Positions 9,513 to 17,366 of a DNA stretch of 64,000 bases are shown here, in pieces. Under the pieces are notes generated by a model that was given only the letters and a program-made list of their open reading frames with translations, was not told the DNA's origin and did not search any database. A program made the translations under genes and the position numbers. The DNA is taken from NCBI GenBank assembly GCA_964607755.1, contig CAZSMC010000006.1, positions 19,955 to 83,954 on the forward strand. The letters run 5' to 3'. The first letter of the stretch is position 1. The number at the start of each line of letters is the position of its first letter. The stretch is from an uncultured Cytophagia bacterium. Lineage in GTDB: Bacteria > Zhuqueibacterota > Zhuqueibacteria > Residuimicrobiales > Krinioviventaceae.

Positions 9513-9851
9513 TTAAAAACTGCCGAATTTCAGTTTGACCATAGCATTCGGACCGCCAAATTCACCTGCCGAGAGGCCATCCAAATCGAATCCGGTTATC
9601 ACATGGTAGCTGGCACCCACATCGACGCGCATCCAGGTAACCAAATTAACTTCAATAGCGGCGGATGGCGTGGCAAAGTAGACCCAGTCCTTGTCCCAAT
9701 TGCCACCTCCGCTTTCAACGCTATACTCAAAATTGCCGAATCCGGCGTGAATGCCTGCTATCCAGTGAAACATCTTGTCCGAATTCCATACGTACTCGAA
9801 ATGAAGACCATGCAGATTCATTTTTGCATAAACTGGTTCATTTTCACACAT
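9513..9851 (-). CDS. Hypothetical small protein, Gly/aromatic-rich with a C-terminal Phe (beta-barrel-like tail); no signal peptide seen
   Basis: 112-aa ORF, 78 nt downstream of the FadL-like outer-membrane gene. Ends '...KLKFGSF'. May be a remnant or an accessory barrel fragment. Confidence 0.25.
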   Translation of the reverse strand: MCENEPVYAKMNLHGLHFEYVWNSDKMFHWIAGIHAGFGNFEYSVESGGGNWDKDWVYFATPSAAIEVNLVTWMRVDVGASYHVITGFDLDGLSAGEFGGPNAMVKLKFGSF

Positions 9852-9929
9852 TTCTTAAAATGGTCTGGTGTGAGAGGAAAAATACCGCTGTTTTATTTTA
9901 ACAAAAAAAAGAAAACGAGCTATTTCAAA

Positions 9930-11534
9930 TTAAAAACGATAATCGACACCGATCATCAAGTTGTTCACATTCATCGTATAAATACCCGCGACATTCTCGG
10001 CAACCAGCATGTTATCGTAGCTCCAGGTCAATATTTCTTTATCATCGATAAAAATTCGTTCGTAATTCAAAGAAACCGCAAACGGCCCTACTGGCATGGA
10101 AAGACCGAGGTACACGTTATTGCGGCGCCCGATTTCAGGAATTGACGGCGATACTGTTTTATCTGTTGCCGCCCGGTTCTCTGTGGTAAATCCGCCGCGC
10201 AAGGTAAGCTGTCCAGCCTTGTATTCCGCACCAACACCTAATTTGAAGGTGTTGTCCCAATTCTGAGCCAACTGGGAAATTGTTTCGCCAGTTGTATCTT
10301 TTATTTTGATGACATCCCAGGCTGACCATTGGGTGTAATTAACATCTACAGCCAAAAGCACATTTGAGAGGCCGGAATAGCTAATGCCAAGTCCGACTTT
10401 CATGGGCAGGGGGACAGTGACCGTCGCTTCGGTATCGACAATATTGACAACATCACCGGAATAAAAATCCGAGACAATTAAATATTGCTGAGAATCGATT
10501 TGTCCAGCTTTGAGCAGCTTGTCAATAATTTCATAAGTGTTTTCTGCCAATTTCTGATATTCCGGCGCATCAGCAAAATAGGTTGTTTGTCTGTAATCGC
10601 CGGATGGCTTGAAATCTGTGAAATATTGAAAGGTAGCGCCGATGCTTAAATCATCAATCGGTTTGTACATGATTCCAGCGTTTGCGCCGAAACTGGTGCC
10701 CTCGCTCTGCATTTCAACCTCGTTAATGAGATGATCAAATGGTGGTTTGCGCATTTGTTCTAATGTGGCTAATTGGCTTTCTTCTAATTTGTATTGCAGG
10801 TATTGATACAACGTTTCGTTGTACAAGTAAGGATTTTGCAAAAAAGCAGGTTGACGCAGACCAAGCTTACCTAGCAAAATACTGGCACCGACACCAACTG
10901 AAAGCCGGTCGCTCAGCTTTCGGGAAATTGTCGGATGAATGTCGACAATCTGAATATCGCTCTCATATTCAAATTTCGGATAGGCGGCATTATACCCTTT
11001 ATAATCATCAAAAGGAACTGGCCGGCCCTGGGGCTGGTTTATCGCTGTTTCGAGCACATCCCATTTTGCACCCCATGCCATGGGCACCCAAAGTCCAATG
11101 CCAAACGCCCACTTGCCAGTGCTGTAAGACACGCCAGCAGCCGGCACTACAAAATCAATGGGCTCTCCGGATCGTTCTGTCTGAAAAGCCACACTAAAGC
11201 GTTTAAATGCACTGTCGTTATGTTCCTTATAGTAATGACTGTCACCTGCCTTGAACGTTCCTCTGGGCATGACGTATTCTATGCCCAATCCTGCTCTCCA
11301 GCCATCAGTAAAAGCCAGACCGGCGGGATTCCAATACATGGCGCTCCAATCATCGGCAATAGAACGATAACTGCCCCCCATCGCAGTTGCGCGCGTACCG
11401 ACATTGGTTAATTCAATCCCTGCGGCAAAAAGCGAAGTGATTGTCATAAGCATTAGATAGAGTGCGGTTCGCAGAAGTATGGATTTGGTCATTGTTCCTC
11501 CGGAGTCCAGTTGTGTATTCCTTTTGTAGTTCAT
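9930..11534 (-). CDS. Outer-membrane beta-barrel protein, FadL/OmpP1/TodX family (a PorV-like candidate)
   Basis: 534 aa with a signal peptide. Mature N-terminus 'AAGIELTNVGTRATAMGGSYRSIADDWSAMYWNPAGLAF' aligns with E. coli FadL '[37 protein letters not shown]'. C-terminal '...VDYRF' ends in an aromatic residue. Confidence 0.7.
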   Translation of the reverse strand: MNYKRNTQLDSGGTMTKSILLRTALYLMLMTITSLFAAGIELTNVGTRATAMGGSYRSIADDWSAMYWNPAGLAFTDGWRAGLGIEYVMPRGTFKAGDSHYYKEHNDSAFKRFSVAFQTERSGEPIDFVVPAAGVSYSTGKWAFGIGLWVPMAWGAKWDVLETAINQPQGRPVPFDDYKGYNAAYPKFEYESDIQIVDIHPTISRKLSDRLSVGVGASILLGKLGLRQPAFLQNPYLYNETLYQYLQYKLEESQLATLEQMRKPPFDHLINEVEMQSEGTSFGANAGIMYKPIDDLSIGATFQYFTDFKPSGDYRQTTYFADAPEYQKLAENTYEIIDKLLKAGQIDSQQYLIVSDFYSGDVVNIVDTEATVTVPLPMKVGLGISYSGLSNVLLAVDVNYTQWSAWDVIKIKDTTGETISQLAQNWDNTFKLGVGAEYKAGQLTLRGGFTTENRAATDKTVSPSIPEIGRRNNVYLGLSMPVGPFAVSLNYERIFIDDKEILTWSYDNMLVAENVAGIYTMNVNNLMIGVDYRF

Positions 11535-14095
11535 TTTATCAATATTAATTTACCGGTGTCTGAAAAGGTCCGTTCTTCGGCAATAGCGCTGGCCTGCATA
11601 TTATAAAAATAGACACCGGACGTCAAATCGCTGGCATCAACCGGCACATCGTGGACACCAGCCGTGAATAATTGATCGTAAAGTTGCTTTTCAAGCTGAC
11701 CTAAAATATTGTAAAGCGAGATCGATACACGGTTCGCCTGAGGCAATTGAAAACGAATGGTTGTTGATGAATTAAATGGATTCGGATAGGCGCCAAATAA
11801 TTTATAGTTTTTTAGCTCTTGAGGCTTTTCCCGGATTGCTGTTTCATCTATTAATTTTAAAGAGACATTATCGACATACACATCGGCATTATTATCGCCA
11901 ACGTTAATCACCACCCGTCCATTGGGATCGGACGGGTCTTCCATGTTAAATTCATAAGAGTAATGCCTTTTTGCCGGGCCTACCCCTGACAAGCCAATCT
12001 TGCTGTAATTGATCCACGGACTCTCATCCTGGCCGACTTTGGCTTCAATGGTTCGAGGCGATACAGCCCAGGCATCAAATTCAAAAAGATACTTTTCGCC
12101 CTGAACCAGAGGCATCTGGTTTTGCCGCAATTGCACCGCATAAACCGCATTACCGCCGTTGCTGATCTTAAAATGCGTTACACCGTCTTCAACGACCCAA
12201 TCGGCTTCGCCACCTTGCAGCTCATAAATCCATGCGGCTTTGTTTCTGGAAAAATCACCATTGGGCACAAGATTAACATTAGCAGCAACGTTCTGCACGA
12301 TAACCCGTTCTTCATTGGAATAGTCGCTTTCCGATCCATCCGGATACACTGCCGTTACACGCATATTATAAACCGTATTGTTTTCGAGATTGGTCATCGT
12401 TTTAATTGTTTTTTTCGACGTGTCTAACAGAGCCGTCGAGTGCCGGGTTGGTCCACCGTAAATATTGTAATATTCAACATCCGGATCGCCAAATTTGTTG
12501 AATATCAGTTTCACCTGCTCAAGTCCCTGCTCGACATAAAGACTCGGTTTTTCCACATTACCATTCCATGGACAGCGAAAGGTGCGGTAACATTCGTCCG
12601 GAGAAGCCCAGTTCATTTCGTACACCACCTCGCCATTTGGCGTGACTTCTGTTGCCTTGGGGCGGCTTGTCACAGCCCAGTTGATCAGCGAGTTTCCGTT
12701 TGGCAGGCGCTGATGGTTTCCCATATAATGAGAATATTCTGTACCTGGCGGATTTCGGTATTCCCACATTAGGGTAGCTGTCATATTTTCCACATCAAGT
12801 TTATATTCCACACCGCGCGAGACTTTGGGATTGCGGGAGGTACCGTTATCAAATACTGAATAATGATTGTCTCCCAATGCCAGGGCAGAATGCTGATTCT
12901 TAAATCCGTTCAGATCGTCGTTGACAAACTCGAATTGATTTTCCGGTCCGCCCAAACGCCAGATAAACTCTCCGGTGTGCCGGTTTATTTTTGACACTTC
13001 ACTCAAATGCCGGCTGGATAAAATGATGTGACCGTCATCGTCGATATCGATGGAATTCATGTGCGGAAAGCGGATATTATCGCCTTGCAGGTTTTCCAGT
13101 TCCAAAAATTGAATCACATCTTCGAAATGATCCCATGCCCGCCACTCAAAAATTTTATCGTGTTCGGCTGTAAATTCCTGGATACAGCATTCGCGGACCG
13201 TGGCATTTTTTCTGCCACCGCTCACATAAGCGCTCATATCTACATTCTCGTTGCGACGTCCGATGAGCAGGACATTGGCATTTTCCAGGATAATACATTC
13301 GTGTTCATCGGTGCTGTATCCATCAACGGCGCGGTATTCTGCTAAAAAATTGAAATCCTGATCAAAATTCAAAAACCGGTGGCCGCCGTGGCGTGCCAGC
13401 ATGGTGATGGTGCCGTTTCGCTGAACTTTGAAATCACGGCGGCGGTCCGTGGTTCTCAGGTACCAGACCGGCGAGCCATCGTTATCGAAAATGATGTTGT
13501 ATGGCGTGCCGCGTCCGCGATTGTTCAGGAAAATATAACCTTCGCCTGGCGCCTTGTTGACGCTGACATCGATGTGCGGAAAATCGCTTGGCACAGATAC
13601 ACCGTTAGGCATGATCCGAGCCTGACCGGCAGTCGGTTTGTTCAATTCTCTCGAACTTTGTGATAAAGTGTTATCGTTAATTTCTTCATTCGCAGTCAAA
13701 TCATCAAGCGGTTCAATAGGAGTAATATGAAAAACAAAAGAATGTTTTTCGATTCGCTCGATCGATGGTTTTGCGAAAACAGGTTCCAGCGTAACACTGA
13801 CTGTTGCGCCATGTTCAAACAGCTCATCCGGTTCAAAAATCACAGTCCGGTTGTCTGAGGCAATTCGGGTCGTTCCGGAAATGATCCTATGGTCATCCCG
13901 AACACGAATAAATTTTTGCATATTCTCGAGTAATTGCGGCGATGCTTCATCGAATCTTACGATAATCGTCGTTTGCGGCGTTACCCGGGTTGCATTGTCT
14001 TTTGGATAGACGTACTGATATCCCGGTACACTCGAAGCAACGGCTATACTCATCATTGAAAACAGTAGTATTGAAAAAAGACAGAAACGTTTCAT
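11531..14095 (-). CDS. Arylsulfate sulfotransferase (ASST)-family beta-propeller protein with Ig-like N-terminus, FN3 domain, CBM4/9-like domain and T9SS C-terminal sorting domain (paralogue A)
   Basis: 854 aa. ASST signatures 'FPHMNSIDIDDDGHIILSSRHLSEVSKI', 'SVFDNGTSRN', 'VSRGVEYKLD...TATLMWEY' match E. coli AssT 'WAHVNSIAYDAKDDSIILSSRHQGVVKI', 'TIFDNGDGRH', 'YSRFVEYKIDEKKGTVQQVWEY'. CBM-like 'NGDFS..W....GG' region. C-terminus 'YPNPFNSSTTIRFQLP...SLYNILGQ'. Confidence 0.8.
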   Translation of the reverse strand: MKRFCLFSILLFSMMSIAVASSVPGYQYVYPKDNATRVTPQTTIIVRFDEASPQLLENMQKFIRVRDDHRIISGTTRIASDNRTVIFEPDELFEHGATVSVTLEPVFAKPSIERIEKHSFVFHITPIEPLDDLTANEEINDNTLSQSSRELNKPTAGQARIMPNGVSVPSDFPHIDVSVNKAPGEGYIFLNNRGRGTPYNIIFDNDGSPVWYLRTTDRRRDFKVQRNGTITMLARHGGHRFLNFDQDFNFLAEYRAVDGYSTDEHECIILENANVLLIGRRNENVDMSAYVSGGRKNATVRECCIQEFTAEHDKIFEWRAWDHFEDVIQFLELENLQGDNIRFPHMNSIDIDDDGHIILSSRHLSEVSKINRHTGEFIWRLGGPENQFEFVNDDLNGFKNQHSALALGDNHYSVFDNGTSRNPKVSRGVEYKLDVENMTATLMWEYRNPPGTEYSHYMGNHQRLPNGNSLINWAVTSRPKATEVTPNGEVVYEMNWASPDECYRTFRCPWNGNVEKPSLYVEQGLEQVKLIFNKFGDPDVEYYNIYGGPTRHSTALLDTSKKTIKTMTNLENNTVYNMRVTAVYPDGSESDYSNEERVIVQNVAANVNLVPNGDFSRNKAAWIYELQGGEADWVVEDGVTHFKISNGGNAVYAVQLRQNQMPLVQGEKYLFEFDAWAVSPRTIEAKVGQDESPWINYSKIGLSGVGPAKRHYSYEFNMEDPSDPNGRVVINVGDNNADVYVDNVSLKLIDETAIREKPQELKNYKLFGAYPNPFNSSTTIRFQLPQANRVSISLYNILGQLEKQLYDQLFTAGVHDVPVDASDLTSGVYFYNMQASAIAEERTFSDTGKLILIK

Positions 14096-14147
14096 AAATT
14101 TTTTCCCTTGTCAGTTGTGCACATGATTTGTCGAAATGTCATTCAGC

Positions 14148-17100
14148 TCATTTTACAAATATCATTTTTTTAACGGCTTGATAGCGATTTTTGCTCTTTG
14201 CACTTTTGGCTTGCATCTCGTAAAAATAAATGCCTGTGCTCTTATCAGAAGCGTCAAAATCGATGCTGTGCTGACCAGTCTGATGTGTGCGATTCACAAG
14301 CTCAGCAATTTCTTCGCCACGAATATTATAAACACGTAATTTTACATTTGCGGCTTCCGGCACAAAATAAGAGATCGTTGTGCTCGTATTAAACGGATTG
14401 GGATAAGCAGGATACAACTCAAAAGTATCCGGCACCCGGGTTTCACCGCCCTCCAGTACGCTGGTATCATTAACGATTTGAAAATTATCAAAATGCGCTT
14501 CGCACAGAGCGTTGTCGTTGTGCGCTGTGACTGCCAGTCCGATGTACACCGTTTCATTCATATCGATCTGTTCCGAATCCACATAATTCCAGGATTCGCC
14601 GTCAGCGGATTCGTAACCGGTAAAAATATTCCCCCGGCGCACCAGTTTTATCCAGTAAGGCATTTTGAGATCGCCCTTGTTGGTATTGTGTGAACTTGCA
14701 TTTTTCTCTATACGTCTTTGGAACGCCATGCCGTTATTTACAGTCGCGCACATCATGGCGTGCTTTGCTGCCGCATGAAGCGAATTTCGAATCATCACCC
14801 CGGCTTTGGCCCATTCGTGCGTGTCGCTCATGGACAGCACACGTGCCGAAAGTTCGACGTTGCCTTCCACTCGCTGATAGGCATAATGAAACTCATCTCT
14901 GTTGCCCCAGATATCATCGCCCGAGCCTTTGACCACGTACCGGTCCTGCCAGATACCGGCATCACCCTCGATGCTCGTTTGTCCGATATCACGGTGCATC
15001 CAGGGGGAAGACAATTCGCGAAGAGGCAGGTCATCATCAATATTTTTCAGCGAAACATTGTCGATATAAACGTCTTCGGAAGCGCCGCCGCAATTGAACA
15101 CAATGCGCGCTTTATAATCAGAAGGATTCTCCATGAGAAACTCATAGGAAAAATGCCGTTTCGTTCTTCCCAGTGGTGTGGGATTGATTTTGCCATAGTT
15201 TTCATACGGACTCTCTGCCCGTTCAATTTTAGCATCGATGGCCCGGTTGCTTTCCGAGTAGGCATCGAATTCAAACACATATTTTTCACCTCGGACTATG
15301 GGAATATTTTCCTGTTTCAACTGCACGTTCCGGAAATCATCTCCGCCGTTATTAATATTGATGTGACAAAAGCCTTCGCTGGTCACATCAACTTGAGCCT
15401 CGGCATTCGTGACGGCAAAATCCCATTTATTTGTACTGTTCGAAAAATTACCGTTCCGGACCATATTGTCACCAGGCGAAACCAGATTCACATAAATGTC
15501 TTCTTCGTTAGAAAAATCGCTTTCGACACCCTGATCGTCTACAGCAGTAACGCGAAAATAATAGCGCTGGTCATTTGGCAGACCGGTGATTTTTGCCAGC
15601 GTTGCCTTGGACGTATCCACCACGGTTGTCGGATTGGGTGCGTTATCGCCGTAAATGTTATAATACTCGACGTTCGAATCGCCAAATTTATTAAAAACCA
15701 ACGTCACGTTATCACTGCCCTGTTCAACAAACAACAGCGGTTTCTCGACAACACCATCCCAGGGAAAGCGAAACGTGCGATAAGTATGATAACCATCGAC
15801 AAAATTCATCTCATAAACAACATTTCCATCCGGGGTAACTTCCATGGCCTTGGGTGAGTTCGATTTTACCCAGTTAATCAAGGTATTTCCATTTGGAAGC
15901 CGTTGAGCATTTCCCATATAATGCGTGTAATAATTTCTATTATCTGATCCACGACATTCCCACACCAGAGTTGCCGTCATTTTTTCAGTATCGAGTACAT
16001 ATTCAACTGCGCGGGATTGTTTCGGGTTGTGTAAATTACCATTGTCAAAAACTGTATAATGATTATCGCCGAGCACTCGAATATCATGTTGCATGTTAAA
16101 ACCATTGAGCTCATCATTAACAAATTCAAACTCATTATTTGCCCCGCCAAGCCGCCAGATAATCTGGCCAGTCTGCCGATGAATCTTTGTCACCTCGCTC
16201 AAATGACGGCTGGACAACAAAATATGTCCGTCCTCATCAATATCGATGGCATTCATATGCGGAAATCGAAATGAATTGGCTCTGGGGTCTGCTTCATTTG
16301 GCTCACAATAACCAATAATATCAGCAGGGTCAAAGTTATCCCAGGCTCGCCACTGAAATATTTTTTCGTGGTCAGGGGTAAATTCCTGGATGCAGCATTC
16401 TCGAACATTGGCGTTTGTCTTGCCGCCCGCCACATATTGACTCATATCAACAGTATCATTACGCCGGCCGATCAAAAGATAATGACCGTTTTCCAGCAAC
16501 TGCATGCCGTGTTCATCAGTGCCGTATCCATCCACAGCTTTAAATTCATCGATTTGGTTAAAATTTATATCATAATTCACAAAACGGTGTCCGCCATCTC
16601 GGGCGAGCATGGTGATGGTACCGTTTTTCTGCACCTTAAAATCACGGCGGCGGTCTCCGTCCTTGAAACGATGGTACCACACCGGCGAGCCGTCGTTATC
16701 AAAAATAATGTTATAGGGACCTTCATTGCGCCAGTTATTAATAAAAATATATCCATCGCCGGGATTCTTGTTGACAAAGACATCAATGTGCGGGAAATCG
16801 CTGGGAACCGAGACGCCGTTCGGCATGATCATCGCCCGACCCACAGCATCCGGTTTTGACAACGACGGCTGGACTTTTTCATCACGCTCGTCCGGCATGA
16901 CAAAATCCGGCAAAGGTTCATTGTTGGGAGTCACTTTAAATTCGAACGATGTCGGTTGAATCGTCTTGTTCAAAGTCCCAGTCACCTGGGGTGAGATAGT
17001 AACTGTCACCCGTTCCCCCGGTACATACTTTTGCTGGGGAGTAAAAATGATGGTTTCATCATCGGAAGCAATTTTTGTATTGCCAGTCAGGTTGCCGCTC

Positions 17101-17318
17101 TTGCTCCCGCTTATCTGAACACATGAATGGAGATTCGTCAACGCTGACGGTTCCACGTTCTCGAAACGGATGATAATCGTAGCGTTTCGTGCAACGCGGG
17201 TCGAATTGGCTTCGGGATAGAGATATTGATAATCATCCGGGATTTCAGCAGAAACGATCAGCGGGAATAAAACGAGCAACAGCCCATACATCAACCTATG
17301 TAAAAAACGATTTCGCAT
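14148..17318 (-). CDS. ASST-family T9SS cargo protein, paralogue B, with an extra ~200-aa ConA-like/DUF1349-like jelly-roll insert before the C-terminal domain
   Basis: 1056 aa. Same architecture as paralogue A ('FPHMNAIDIDEDGHILLSSRHLSEVTKI', 'VRECCIQEFT'). The insert contains '...FHYAYQRVEGNVELSARVLSMSDTHEWAKAGVMIRNS...'. C-terminus 'YPNPFNTSTTISYFVP...'. Confidence 0.8.
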   Translation of the reverse strand: MRNRFLHRLMYGLLLVLFPLIVSAEIPDDYQYLYPEANSTRVARNATIIIRFENVEPSALTNLHSCVQISGSKSGNLTGNTKIASDDETIIFTPQQKYVPGERVTVTISPQVTGTLNKTIQPTSFEFKVTPNNEPLPDFVMPDERDEKVQPSLSKPDAVGRAMIMPNGVSVPSDFPHIDVFVNKNPGDGYIFINNWRNEGPYNIIFDNDGSPVWYHRFKDGDRRRDFKVQKNGTITMLARDGGHRFVNYDINFNQIDEFKAVDGYGTDEHGMQLLENGHYLLIGRRNDTVDMSQYVAGGKTNANVRECCIQEFTPDHEKIFQWRAWDNFDPADIIGYCEPNEADPRANSFRFPHMNAIDIDEDGHILLSSRHLSEVTKIHRQTGQIIWRLGGANNEFEFVNDELNGFNMQHDIRVLGDNHYTVFDNGNLHNPKQSRAVEYVLDTEKMTATLVWECRGSDNRNYYTHYMGNAQRLPNGNTLINWVKSNSPKAMEVTPDGNVVYEMNFVDGYHTYRTFRFPWDGVVEKPLLFVEQGSDNVTLVFNKFGDSNVEYYNIYGDNAPNPTTVVDTSKATLAKITGLPNDQRYYFRVTAVDDQGVESDFSNEEDIYVNLVSPGDNMVRNGNFSNSTNKWDFAVTNAEAQVDVTSEGFCHININNGGDDFRNVQLKQENIPIVRGEKYVFEFDAYSESNRAIDAKIERAESPYENYGKINPTPLGRTKRHFSYEFLMENPSDYKARIVFNCGGASEDVYIDNVSLKNIDDDLPLRELSSPWMHRDIGQTSIEGDAGIWQDRYVVKGSGDDIWGNRDEFHYAYQRVEGNVELSARVLSMSDTHEWAKAGVMIRNSLHAAAKHAMMCATVNNGMAFQRRIEKNASSHNTNKGDLKMPYWIKLVRRGNIFTGYESADGESWNYVDSEQIDMNETVYIGLAVTAHNDNALCEAHFDNFQIVNDTSVLEGGETRVPDTFELYPAYPNPFNTSTTISYFVPEAANVKLRVYNIRGEEIAELVNRTHQTGQHSIDFDASDKSTGIYFYEMQAKSAKSKNRYQAVKKMIFVK

Positions 17319-17366
17319 TTTGATTTATCCTCGTTGATTATAAATTAAAATTAACAGAAATGAAAC

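Noticed and set aside
9435-10145. 236-aa plus-strand ORF
   Set aside because: It is antisense to the small minus-strand ORF and to the 3' end of the FadL-like gene. It has no recognisable domain or RBS and a Lys-rich low-complexity tail, so it is probably a spurious overlap.
14718-15857. 379-aa plus-strand ORF (and similar long antisense ORFs at 16368-16859, 18900-19295, 26779-27333, 27382-27882)
   Set aside because: They sit entirely inside and antisense to the well-supported ASST-family genes. They are Ile/Arg/His-rich shadow frames.
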